A stretch of 35,878 nucleotides of DNA from an uncultured Chitinophaga sp. (GCA_964568515.1 CAZMRM010000001.1:13049-48926); one strand, 5' to 3'. Counted from the stretch's first letter, positions 1 through 9,011 are shown. The notes: generated from the sequence alone by a model not told the origin. Translations and numbers: made by a program.

Positions 1-887
1 GAAGCACCTTTCAGTAAATTATCAATACAACTGGTAATTAATAATTTGTTACCATGTTTTTGAAGCTGCAATAAACCTTTGTTTGTATTTACAATTTGTT
101 TTAAATCAATTGCAGGATCACTGACATGTACAAAAGGATGTGCCTCATAAAATGATTTATAAATATCCTTGATTTCATTTAGTTCCAGATCACAATCTGT
201 ATAAACAGTAGCAATAATGCCTCTTGTAAAAGAACCACGATAGGGAATGAAATTCAATTCCCTGCTAAAATTATTCTGTAACTGAATCAGACTTTGACCG
301 ATTTCCTTCAGGTGTTGATGTTCGAACGCCTTGTAAATGCTCAGATTGTTTTGTCTCCAGCTAAAATGAGAAGTGGCGCTTAAAGATTGTCCGGCACCTG
401 TAGATCCGGTGGTTGCAGAAATATGAACATCCTGTTTCAACAATTGTTTCGCTCCAAGAGGTAGCAATGCCAATTGAATGCATGTTGCAAAACAACCAGG
501 ATTAGCGATATGGCTTGCCTTCTTAATTGCTTCACGGTTTAACTCCGGTAAACCATAGATAAATTCCTTACTGTTTAAACGATGGTCCTGGCTAAGATCA
601 ATAATCTTTATTTTTTTATTGATTTTATTTTCTTTTAAGAAAACGCCCGCTTCGCCATGACCAACACAAAGAAAAAGCACATCTATTGCATCCGATAATT
701 CAGAAGTAAATTTAAGATCCGTATCCCCGATTAAGTCGGTATGAACTTCATAAATATACTTTCCTGCTTTGCTTTTACTATTTACAAAAGCAATGTTTGC
801 ATAGGGATGGTTAACAAGGATGCGTAGCAGTTCTCCACCGGTATATCCGGCACCGCCTATCACTCCTACATTTATTTTCTGTATCAT
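1..887 (-). CDS. argC: N-acetyl-gamma-glutamyl-phosphate reductase, 3' end truncated by the window edge
   Basis: Absent from the ORF track because it runs off the left edge. Manual minus-strand translation from the ATG at 887-885 gives MIQKINVGVIGGAGYTGGELLRILVNHPYANIAFVNSKSKAGK... It continues through the ANPGCFATCIQLAL active-site Cys motif and DNLLKGAS at the edge, with no stop before position 1. It lies 5 nt downstream of argG. Confidence 0.9.
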   Translation of the reverse strand, partial: MIQKINVGVIGGAGYTGGELLRILVNHPYANIAFVNSKSKAGKYIYEVHTDLIGDTDLKFTSELSDAIDVLFLCVGHGEAGVFLKENKINKKIKIIDLSQDHRLNSKEFIYGLPELNREAIKKASHIANPGCFATCIQLALLPLGAKQLLKQDVHISATTGSTGAGQSLSATSHFSWRQNNLSIYKAFEHQHLKEIGQSLIQLQNNFSRELNFIPYRGSFTRGIIATVYTDCDLELNEIKDIYKSFYEAHPFVHVSDPAIDLKQIVNTNKGLLQLQKHGNKLLITSCIDNLLKGA

Positions 888-892
888 ACTGT

Positions 893-2107
893 TTAGTCCT
901 GCGGTGTTAATAACGACTTATTTACAACCTGATGATAAATTGCTGTTTGATTTCCAAATATCTTTGCGAAGCCTCTAACATCTTCACCGGTCCAGCCATT
1001 ATTCATTTCACCATAACTTCCGAACTTGGCAGACATCAAATCATATTCTGATTGAATGCCGGTCACCTGGAAATTATAAGGTTGGATTGTCAGGAATACA
1101 TCACCGGTAACATTCTTTTGAGTCTCTTCCAAAAAGCTTTCAATATTCCTCATAACAGGATCCAGGAATTGTCCTTCATGTAGCCAGTTACCGTACCATG
1201 CAGCCAATTGATCTTTCCAATACAATTGCCATTTAGTAAGTGTATGTTTTTCTAATAAATGATGTGCCTTAATAATAAGAAGCGGGGCTGCTGCTTCAAA
1301 ACCAACACGTCCTTTTATACCAATAATTGTATCGCCCACATGAATATCACGGCCTAGTGCATAAGGAGCTGCAATAGTAGCAAGTTCCTGGATTGCCAGC
1401 ACAGGAGTTTTAAATTTTTTCCCATTGATTGCAATCAACTCTCCTTTTTCAAAACCAAGTGTGATTTGCTCCTTTCCTTGCTTCGAAAGTTGTGTTGGGA
1501 AAGCATCTTCCGGTAAATAGTCCTTTGATGTAAGTGTTTCCTTACCACCAACTGATGTTCCCCATAACCCTTTATTGATACTATATTTAGCCTTTTCAAA
1601 ATTCATGTTTACACCATGTGATTTCAAAAATTCAATTTCTGCTTCACGTGAAAGTTTCATATCACGGATAGGTGTTATGATTTCGACATCCGGTACCAGA
1701 ATGTTGAATACCATATCAAAACGCACCTGATCGTTTCCTGCACCGGTACTTCCATGCGCAACAGCACCAGCACCAATAGCCTTGGCATAGTTTCCAATAA
1801 CCATTGCCTGTGAAATACGTTCAGCACTAACAGAAAGGGGATAGGTATTGTTTTTTAAAACATTTCCATATATCAAAAAACGAATAACGGTTTTATAAAA
1901 ATTGTCGGTTTCATCAATGCATTTAAAAGATTTTACTCCCAGCGAATAAGCATGTTTTTCAATTTTCTGAACCTCTTCGGCATTCCAGCCTCCAGTATTT
2001 ACACTAACAGCGTGAACCTCGTAGTTTTTTACTTTTGAAAGATAAATGGCGCAGTAAGTAGTATCTAAACCACCACTAAATGCTAAAACTACTTTATTAT
2101 TTTTCAT
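893..2107 (-). CDS. argG: argininosuccinate synthase
   Basis: 404-aa ORF. It has the N-terminal AFSGGLDTT ATP-pyrophosphatase motif and HGSTGAGNDQVRF. Length and operon context with argC fit. Confidence 0.95.
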   Translation of the reverse strand: MKNNKVVLAFSGGLDTTYCAIYLSKVKNYEVHAVSVNTGGWNAEEVQKIEKHAYSLGVKSFKCIDETDNFYKTVIRFLIYGNVLKNNTYPLSVSAERISQAMVIGNYAKAIGAGAVAHGSTGAGNDQVRFDMVFNILVPDVEIITPIRDMKLSREAEIEFLKSHGVNMNFEKAKYSINKGLWGTSVGGKETLTSKDYLPEDAFPTQLSKQGKEQITLGFEKGELIAINGKKFKTPVLAIQELATIAAPYALGRDIHVGDTIIGIKGRVGFEAAAPLLIIKAHHLLEKHTLTKWQLYWKDQLAAWYGNWLHEGQFLDPVMRNIESFLEETQKNVTGDVFLTIQPYNFQVTGIQSEYDLMSAKFGSYGEMNNGWTGEDVRGFAKIFGNQTAIYHQVVNKSLLTPQD

Positions 2108-2140
2108 TCTTAATGATTGTTTTTAATGATTAAATGACAG

Positions 2141-2737
2141 TTATTTCAGTTTGTTGTTTTTTTTTAAGTCGTCTTGTTTGACGATTTTAACTTCTTTTTC
2201 TTCGGGATCATAAAGCATAGCAGTACAAAGGCAGTTTTTGCGCTCTTTGCTTTTCAAGATTTCAAAATTGACACAGCTCATGCATCCTTTCCAAAATTGG
2301 TCATCTTGTGTTAACTCAGAATAGGTAACAGGTTCGTAGCCGAGATCAGAATTGATTTTCATCACGGCAAGCCCTGTTGTAAGCCCAAAAATTTTAGCAT
2401 CGGGATATTTTGTTCTGGACAGTTCAAAAATTTTCTCTTTAATTCTTTTGGCAAGCCCGCTCTTGCGGAAGTCAGGAGACACAATGAGTCCAGAATTGGC
2501 AACATAATTCCCATGACTCCAGGTTTCGATGTAACAGAAACCTGCCCATGCCCCTTCTTTGGTAAGGGCAATGACAGCCTTCCCTTCCAGCATTTTTTGG
2601 GTAATATACTCCGGTGATCTTTTGGCAATACCGGTTCCACGGGCCTTTGCAGAGGCTTCCATTTCATCCACGATCATTTGTGAATAATGTACATGTTGCT
2701 CATTGGCAACAATGACATCAAATACTGAATTATCCAT
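2141..2737 (-). CDS. GNAT-family N-acyltransferase at the head of the arg cluster, with a Cys-rich C-terminal tail
   Basis: The ORF track gives 2141..2788. I prefer the internal ATG at 2737 (MDNSVFDVIVANEQH...) because the upstream extension is hydrophobic junk. The GNAT core reads IVSPDFRKSGLAKRIKEKIF. The C-terminal tail has CMSC...CLC. Confidence 0.75.
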   Translation of the reverse strand: MDNSVFDVIVANEQHVHYSQMIVDEMEASAKARGTGIAKRSPEYITQKMLEGKAVIALTKEGAWAGFCYIETWSHGNYVANSGLIVSPDFRKSGLAKRIKEKIFELSRTKYPDAKIFGLTTGLAVMKINSDLGYEPVTYSELTQDDQFWKGCMSCVNFEILKSKERKNCLCTAMLYDPEEKEVKIVKQDDLKKNNKLK

Positions 2738-3051
2738 CAGTAAAAAATTAAAAATTGAACACGGAGCATTGGACAATAAAAAAGCCAATACTCTAGAAAA
2801 TTAAATATGGGGTTTCGAAGGGTGACCGCTACGTAAGAGGTCTAAATAGATCTGTACGACTTAGCGTCTAGGGTTATGAGGAACTTTAGTTGTAACAGAG
2901 GTAAGTGTCACAACTTTGGGAATAAACAAAACAGCAATCTTGCTGAACATCTTGTCAGCTGCTGAAAGGAAGTTGAAGTGCAACTTTGCTTTTTTCATTT
3001 CTTTTGTAATCTAAAAAGAATTAAACTTGAGTGAATTGTGATTTAATGCTG
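2738..3051 (-). promoter_or_regulatory. Long 5' leader of the GNAT-argG-argC operon, containing a 45-codon uORF (2998..2861) and two hairpins (2888-2915, 2824-2868)
   Basis: There is no track ORF on the minus strand here. Manual translation gives MKKAKLHFNFLSAADKMFSKIAVLFIPKVVTLTSVTTKVPHNPRR followed by stop. The first hairpin has a G-U pair only in the minus-strand RNA. The second hairpin's 5' arm contains the AGA-CGC-TAA codons. Confidence 0.4.
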
Positions 3052-3059
3052 CAAATATA
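3052..3059 (-). promoter_or_regulatory. Bacteroidota -7 promoter box TATATTTG (TAnnTTTG) for the arg operon
   Basis: The plus strand reads CAAATATA at 3052-3059. A TTG lies about 20 nt further upstream on the minus strand. Confidence 0.5.
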
Positions 3060-3126
3060 CATTTTTTTTTATTATGCAAGTTTTTTTATTTTTTTGCCTG
3101 AAAAACAGGCATCCCCTGATTTAAAC

Positions 3127-3163
3127 AAAAGAAGGCGTTTCTATATTGGAAACGCCTTCTTTT
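3127..3163. terminator. Bidirectional intrinsic terminator hairpin downstream of susD
   Basis: Perfect 15-bp stem AAAAGAAGGCGTTTC / GAAACGCCTTCTTTT with the 7-nt loop tatattg. A/T runs flank both sides. It lies 25 nt past the SusD stop. Confidence 0.8.
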
Positions 3164-3187
3164 GTTATTTTTTTAGAATATTCTGTG

Positions 3188-4630
3188 TTAAAACTTATCC
3201 CAGAATAATTTTGTTGTTTTGCTGTCTCCGCCAATTGCAGCAGAAGCTTTATTATAATTATCCCCGTTCAATGTTTGTTCACCAATTGGATACGTATATC
3301 TTGTTGGGATATCTGCCAATGTTTGTCCCGGAGGAGGGTTAAATGTAGGACCATCCAGTCTTCTCCATGTAGTCCAGGCAATGTCTCCTCTGTCAAAATA
3401 TGCTAACCAAGCTTGTTTAGCAATTTTTTCTTTGTAGGTAGCACCCGATGCTGCATCGTTATAGTCAACTTTAGGATTTGCAAGATAAGCAGCTGCGGTA
3501 GCAGTGGATCCTGTCCAGAAAGCAATAGAAGAAGTGATCGCTGCATTATAGAATGTTTCAGGAGATCCTGCGATAAAACCTCTTGCAGCAGCTTCTGCCT
3601 GATAGAACTGAACTTCAACAAAATCAAGTAATATACCCTTCCAGGTTGGAGCCTGGATTGTTTTTGTTAAATGGCTGTATAAGGAATACGTATTTGTTGT
3701 ACCATAAACGCCTCCTTTGTAAACGCCACCGACTTTATCAATAAAATAGAAATCACTTCTTGGATCAACAAGGTCATTCATTACATCTACAATTGTATTG
3801 GAAGGAACCCAGTCAAAACGGTCAGAAGCCACTAAATTTACATAAATCGGGTTAGTGTTTGGTTGTGCCCCCAAATATGCAAAAGTAGCGTTATCAGCAG
3901 CAGATGTAAATACGCCACCTGCTATTGCAGCTGATGCTTTTCCGGCAGGATCCAATGCAGGAACATCTGCAACAGTGATCGCCATTTTCAGTTTCAGGGA
4001 ATTGGCAAATTTTTTCCAGTTTCCGACATTTCCGCCATAAACAATATCAGCCGCACCATAACTGCCTGTAGACACATCCAAATCCGCGATATCCGCATCC
4101 AAACGTGCAAACAAAGCTGCATAGATAGTTTGTGCATCATCGTATGCCGGTGAGATATTCGTAATGTCCAATGATTGTTCATAAGGAACATTTCCAAAAA
4201 TGTCTACCAATCGCTGATAGGAATAAACCATTAATATATCAGCAATTGCTTTTTTGTTTTTCTTCTGAGCATCGCTGGATATCACACTGCTTTCTGTATC
4301 AACAATCCGTTTTGCTTCTTTCAGGTCATTCAACACATCACGGTAAATCGTTCTGAATTCATTGTCCGGAATCAAACGTGTGGTGAGGTCATATTTTGAC
4401 TCATCCGGATACGTTGTGGCTGCCCAGTATTGAGAAAACAAACGTAATACGTTAAGATTATTATTTGGCGTAGTAATCTGATCCACCAGTCCCCTTTCTC
4501 CGTTAGAGAACAACGTTTCAGCAGGCACTTCTGTTGCGCTCTTTTTGTCTACGTTCAAATCGGTTAGTTTCTTGCAAGAGCTTATAAGAACCGCTAGACC
4601 TGCAATAAATAATATTATCTTCTGTTTCAT
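3188..4630 (-). CDS. susD: SusD/RagB-family nutrient-binding outer-membrane lipoprotein
   Basis: 480 aa. It has a lipoprotein signal, LAVLISSC, and sits immediately downstream of the SusC gene with a 24-nt gap. Composition and length are typical of short SusD-like proteins. Confidence 0.85.
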   Translation of the reverse strand: MKQKIILFIAGLAVLISSCKKLTDLNVDKKSATEVPAETLFSNGERGLVDQITTPNNNLNVLRLFSQYWAATTYPDESKYDLTTRLIPDNEFRTIYRDVLNDLKEAKRIVDTESSVISSDAQKKNKKAIADILMVYSYQRLVDIFGNVPYEQSLDITNISPAYDDAQTIYAALFARLDADIADLDVSTGSYGAADIVYGGNVGNWKKFANSLKLKMAITVADVPALDPAGKASAAIAGGVFTSAADNATFAYLGAQPNTNPIYVNLVASDRFDWVPSNTIVDVMNDLVDPRSDFYFIDKVGGVYKGGVYGTTNTYSLYSHLTKTIQAPTWKGILLDFVEVQFYQAEAAARGFIAGSPETFYNAAITSSIAFWTGSTATAAAYLANPKVDYNDAASGATYKEKIAKQAWLAYFDRGDIAWTTWRRLDGPTFNPPPGQTLADIPTRYTYPIGEQTLNGDNYNKASAAIGGDSKTTKLFWDKF

Positions 4631-4654
4631 TTTTTTCCTTTTATTAAATTAAGA

Positions 4655-7600
4655 TTAAAATTGAAGTGTTACGGTAAAACCAAAATTTCTTGTAGTTGGT
4701 AATACTCCAGTTTGGTACCCCTGAACGTTACCAGCACCAAGTCCTGCTTCAGGATCAGCATTTGGCAGGTTTTTGAAGATGATCCAAAGGTTATTTCCTA
4801 CTAGGCTGAAAGTTGCATTGCTAAAGAATCTTTCTTTTTTGAAAGGCACTCTGTAAGCAATAGAAACTTCTCTAAGTTTTACATAAGAAGCATCATAAAT
4901 AAAATTTTTGTCAGCATTTGTAGCATATCCGTTCAATAGATAATCATTCGCTTCAACACGTTTAGTATTTACTTCACCTGTTTCTGTTACACCATCAAGA
5001 ATAACTCCACCACCATCAGCAATGAAATTACGTTTTGGGTTTCCAAGGTCATTGTTTCCAACTGTTTCTTTATACAAACCAGTTGCTAAACCATAGTACA
5101 TATCTAATGAGAACAAGTCACCACCTTTTTGAACATCAACAAGGAAGCTTAAAGACCAGCTTTTGTATGTAAATGTGTTGGTGATACCACCTGTAAAATC
5201 AGGAGTGATGTTACCTAGGATCTGGTCATTAGTTTTGGTTTTAATGTAGTAACCATTAGCACCAACTACTTTTTTACCATTCAGATACACATAATCTGTT
5301 CCTTTCAATGTTCCATAAGGTTCATCCAAAGAAGCATTTAATGTTACACCACCTTGAAAATTTGCAAGCTGGATGTTTTTGATACCATCCGCTAACTTAG
5401 TAACTTTACTAACGTTTTTACCAAAGTTCACGTTCACTGTCCATTTAAAATTGGTTGTTTGAACCGGTGTACCGTAAACATTCAATTCTATCCCTTTATT
5501 ATTAAGGGTCGCTGCGTTTACAAATTTAGAAGAATAACCAGTAGCTGTAGATACTGTTAAAGGTACCACCTGGTCTTTCGTGTTTTTATTGTATGCTGCA
5601 AAGTCAAATCCTAAGCGTCTTTTGAAGAAAACCATTTCCAAACCAATTTCGCTGGTTGTAGAAATTTCGGGTTTCAGTTCAGGATTGTTTTTAAAATTTG
5701 GTAAAGAGAACAAGGCTACGCTTCCAAATGCAACTGGTTTTGCGTAAATATCCTTGATGTTTGCAAATTGTGCATCATTACCCACACTTGCCACGTTCAA
5801 ACGAACTTTACCAAAGTCCAGCCAGGATGCAGTTCTTTCTTTAATCAGTTCAGAGAACAATAAGCTTAAAGAAGCACCAGGATAAAAGAAACTGTTTTTA
5901 CCTTCAGGTAAGGTGGAAGAGTAATCCTGTCTTGCAGTAAGATCTAAATATAAATAACGTTTAAATCCAACAGAAGCATTCGCATAAAAACCATTTACAC
6001 CGATTGTTTCTTGTGCTTCAAGTGGAGCAGTTGGATTTTCTTTAGAGTTAGAAAGTGAGTATAATTTTGGTACCACGATACCACCATTGGTAGAGGCGAA
6101 GGTAGAATAATTGTATGATCTGCGGAAGTTAGCTCCAACAAGACCTGTTAAACTCCAGGTTTCGCCAAAATCCTTTTTAAAGTTTGCCATTACATCGTAG
6201 TTCATCTCTCTGTAATTCTTGTTGAATTTAGAGTAACCAGAGCTGGAGTTTGAACGGCCGGTACCAAAAACTTTTGAAACACTACCGGTAGCCAGTCTTT
6301 CTTCCTGAAGCGTTGAGTATTGATCAAGTGTTACACGACCCATTAAACCAATAATTTCATTTACCTTATAGTTCAACACTGCATTTCCATACATACGATC
6401 TCTTTGATCGCTTGAATAACTTTCATTACGTTGGAAGTAAGCGTTATCCCAGAAAATTGGTTTTAAGGGATTTGCAGAACTAGCCGGGTTCCAGCTATAG
6501 TTTGCTTTTGTAGACTCGTAAATCTCTTTTTGATCCTGTACATTTACGTTGGTTTGCCACCATTGTCTGAAATTACTTAATTCATTGTTGGCATAACCGG
6601 TAGAGTTACGGCCTGTTGCGGCTGTTCTCACATAGTTTGCATTGGCGCTTGCAGAGAAACGGTCATTTAGTTTCAATGTTCCACCAAAACCAAAATTGTT
6701 TCTTTTTAAAGAGCTGTTTGGTAAAATACCATTTTGAGTTGTATTGGAATAAGAAACACGGAACGATCCGGCTTCATTTCCGCCATCAACGTTTACACTG
6801 TTAGTGTATCCAACTGCTGTTTCAAAAAATGAAATCGGACCATTTTTTCCAGCACCTACCCATGGTGTTTTCTTACCAAAGTTTTTTGATTCAGGAACAA
6901 ATGCATCCCATTGATATACGTTCAAAGACGGATCAAATTTACCACCCATTGAAGCATCTTCTGTGTAAGGAACAACCAATTCGTTTGGATCCAGAACACC
7001 GTCGTTGTTGACATCTTCATTTAAAAAGAATTCGCCAGGACCTGCTCCATAGTATGGACCATATCCCCCGCCGTATTCCATTTGATAATCAGGGAAAGTT
7101 GATTTGTCCACGACACCAACTGTCACGTTAGAACTTAAAGTAACTCCATATCTTGGTCTTGTTGAAGTAGAAGTTTTACCTTTTTTAGTAGTGATCATTA
7201 CCACACCATTCGCAGCTCTTGAACCGTAAAGCGCAGTTGCTGCTGCACCTTTCAGAACGTTAACCGATTCGATGTCATCCGGATTGATGTCTGAAACAGG
7301 GTTTCCATAATCATATCCGGCACCACCGGAGGATTGCGTGCTATTGGTCATTGCAGCATTTGTCGTTTCATTGTTGATAGGCACTCCATCTACAACAAAT
7401 AAAGCCTGGTTATTAAAAAGCAACGAAGTTGTACCTCTGATGATCACATTGGTAGAACCACCCAAGTTACCACTGTTTTTAATTTGCATACCAGCTACTT
7501 TACCAGACATCTGATTAACAAAGTTTCCACTTTTCACTTCGGATAGTGAAGAACCAGCTAATTCCTGTGTTGCATAACCAAGTGTTTTCTTTTCTCTGGA

Positions 7601-7936
7601 AACACCCAATGCCGTTACAACTGTTTCGGATAATAATTTTGCATCTGATTCAAGATTTACATTAATTACATCTTGATCGGCAGATACAGTTTGCGTTACA
7701 TAACCAATTGAAGAAATGACTAATTTCTTTCCTTGTCCGTCTACATTAATTGTAAACTCTCCATTCATGTTGGTGGAGGTCGCATTTGTCGTACCTTCAA
7801 CCAATACAGTAACACCCGGAAGTGTCTCTTTTGTTTTGGAATCTGTAATAGTTCCCTTAACTACTCTACCCTGTGCAAAGACAGCAACCTGCAGCAGGAC
7901 AAACAGCATTGAAAATAGTAAGTTTTTTCTTTTCAT
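4655..7936 (-). CDS. susC: SusC/RagA-family TonB-dependent outer-membrane transporter
   Basis: 1093 aa. It has a signal peptide, then a carboxypeptidase-regulatory-like domain (GTITDSKTKETLPGVTVLVEGT...GEFTINV) and a plug region (ETVVTALGVSREKKTLGYA). The C-terminus is a beta-barrel ending in ...FTVTLQF. Confidence 0.92.
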   Translation of the reverse strand: MKRKNLLFSMLFVLLQVAVFAQGRVVKGTITDSKTKETLPGVTVLVEGTTNATSTNMNGEFTINVDGQGKKLVISSIGYVTQTVSADQDVINVNLESDAKLLSETVVTALGVSREKKTLGYATQELAGSSLSEVKSGNFVNQMSGKVAGMQIKNSGNLGGSTNVIIRGTTSLLFNNQALFVVDGVPINNETTNAAMTNSTQSSGGAGYDYGNPVSDINPDDIESVNVLKGAAATALYGSRAANGVVMITTKKGKTSTSTRPRYGVTLSSNVTVGVVDKSTFPDYQMEYGGGYGPYYGAGPGEFFLNEDVNNDGVLDPNELVVPYTEDASMGGKFDPSLNVYQWDAFVPESKNFGKKTPWVGAGKNGPISFFETAVGYTNSVNVDGGNEAGSFRVSYSNTTQNGILPNSSLKRNNFGFGGTLKLNDRFSASANANYVRTAATGRNSTGYANNELSNFRQWWQTNVNVQDQKEIYESTKANYSWNPASSANPLKPIFWDNAYFQRNESYSSDQRDRMYGNAVLNYKVNEIIGLMGRVTLDQYSTLQEERLATGSVSKVFGTGRSNSSSGYSKFNKNYREMNYDVMANFKKDFGETWSLTGLVGANFRRSYNYSTFASTNGGIVVPKLYSLSNSKENPTAPLEAQETIGVNGFYANASVGFKRYLYLDLTARQDYSSTLPEGKNSFFYPGASLSLLFSELIKERTASWLDFGKVRLNVASVGNDAQFANIKDIYAKPVAFGSVALFSLPNFKNNPELKPEISTTSEIGLEMVFFKRRLGFDFAAYNKNTKDQVVPLTVSTATGYSSKFVNAATLNNKGIELNVYGTPVQTTNFKWTVNVNFGKNVSKVTKLADGIKNIQLANFQGGVTLNASLDEPYGTLKGTDYVYLNGKKVVGANGYYIKTKTNDQILGNITPDFTGGITNTFTYKSWSLSFLVDVQKGGDLFSLDMYYGLATGLYKETVGNNDLGNPKRNFIADGGGVILDGVTETGEVNTKRVEANDYLLNGYATNADKNFIYDASYVKLREVSIAYRVPFKKERFFSNATFSLVGNNLWIIFKNLPNADPEAGLGAGNVQGYQTGVLPTTRNFGFTVTLQF

Positions 7937-8506
7937 GTTTTTAATAGCATTTAAATTTTTAAGTGATTAACGTAACGTTGATTTTACAGGTAATACTGAA
8001 ATGTTTTAACTTTAGTGTTCAATTGGTTTTGTTCATCAGAAATACTGTTCCCTCTACACAGTAAGGTTTAAAATTAAACCGAAATATTATTACTTAACTA
8101 AGCAAATATATAATGAGTATATTACTTCTCAGAGTGGGGATGGCCTTTGATAGAAGTCCACAATTCTACATTTTAAAAAATGTAATAGAAAGACTAAAGA
8201 GTTATAATCCATAACTACAATGGTTATAAAACATAACTTTTGTAACTTTTTCAGGAAGGCCAATTTTTGTTAACAACTTTGTATTTAATTCGTTTTTAAG
8301 TAGTAAGGAAAGGTTAAATTTTGTTAATCGCCTTTTAAACCTAATTTTATCAACAATTTAATTTAGCCGATAATTTATAAATACCACCTTCATTTTTAAT
8401 TTAAAGGAAATTTTTTCAGGCACTCATAAAAATTTTATCGGCAAAATTTGGGAAGTAATCTTTATTTTATATATTTACATAACCATGTACCAGAACTTTA
8501 TTAATC

Positions 8507-8722
8507 ATGATAGGAAACAAAATTCGAATCGTCCGACAAATCAAGGGGATCTCACAAGAGGCGATGGCTATGAAATTAATGATCTCCCAGCCAGCTTACA
8601 GCAAAATTGAAAATGGTAAAATCGTCTTAAGTCCTGAACGCTTGCAAATCATACTAGATGAGCTAAACATCAGTGAAGAGACCATAAGAGAGTTTAATCC
8701 TACAGACATTTTAAGGAAATAA
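8507..8722 (+). CDS. XRE-family helix-turn-helix transcriptional regulator (DNA-binding domain only)
   Basis: 71 aa. The sequence IRIVRQIKGISQEAMAMKLMISQPAYSKIENGK matches the Cro/C1 HTH pattern. It is divergent from susC across 570 bp. Confidence 0.8.
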   Translation: MIGNKIRIVRQIKGISQEAMAMKLMISQPAYSKIENGKIVLSPERLQIILDELNISEETIREFNPTDILRK

Positions 8723-8760
8723 TTTCTTAACATTTACTACACTTATCAACTATAATAATA

Positions 8761-8783
8761 AAAGGACGATGCAATCGTCCTTT
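8761..8783 (+). terminator. Intrinsic terminator hairpin after the XRE gene
   Basis: 10-bp stem AAAGGACGAT / ATCGTCCTTT with a 3-nt loop, followed by a T-rich stretch. Confidence 0.6.
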
Positions 8784-8962
8784 CTCTTTGCATTCTATAT
8801 TTTATCTCTTCGGTTGATTTTTATTTTTGTTTCCAGCTCCTAAAAAACAGATCCATTTTTTAAACGTCAATTCCTGATTCATTTTCTTATCCTACGATTA
8901 GAGCAACCGTAAACTAAGACAAAACACCTATTTGTGTTTATTTTTTTCATAGATAATTTATT

Positions 8963-8993
8963 AAAAAGGTGCCTTAAATTCAGACACCTTTTT
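8963..8993 (-). terminator. Intrinsic terminator after sucB
   Basis: 9-bp stem AAAAAGGTG / CACCTTTTT with a 13-nt loop. It lies 19 nt past the sucB stop and has a T-run on the minus strand. Confidence 0.6.
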
Positions 8994-9011
8994 ACTTTGA
9001 AAATTATTCTT

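Noticed and set aside
2362-2667. 101-aa minus-strand ORF in an alternative frame inside the GNAT gene
   Set aside because: It is fully nested in a gene with clear GNAT motifs. Its composition is Pro/Lys/Leu-rich and it has no recognisable features. It is a typical overlapping-frame artefact.
3032-3045. ARG-box-like sequence TGAATTGTGATTTA just downstream of the arg -7 box
   Set aside because: Only one half-site (TGAAT) is perfect. The spacer is not A/T-only, and there is no second box at the usual 3-bp spacing. No argR gene is in the window. The match is too weak to call an operator.
3031-3342. 103-aa plus-strand track ORF (MNCDLMLQIYIFFYYASFFIFL...)
   Set aside because: It runs through the arg promoter region and the 3127-3163 terminator hairpin. 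It then lies antisense to the 3' end of susD. Its composition is low-complexity F/Y/C-rich, so it is a chance ORF in AT-rich DNA.
7937-8506. Possible cobalamin or other riboswitch in the long region upstream of the TonB-dependent transporter
   Set aside because: I found no B12-box-like GC-rich core or other conserved riboswitch signature on the minus strand. The region is almost uniformly A/T-rich.
8507-8722. The XRE protein as an antitoxin or a phage/mobile-element repressor
   Set aside because: There is no partner toxin-sized ORF on either side. There is no integrase, transposase or phage gene, and no repeats flank the locus. A plain transcriptional regulator is the simplest reading.
8802-8950. 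Two minus-strand micro-ORFs (23 and 26 codons) joined by an ATGA overlap, just downstream of the sucB terminator
   Set aside because: They are very short and Lys/Asn-rich, as expected from A/T-rich intergenic DNA. There is no promoter box and nothing to test conservation against. They are most likely chance ORFs.
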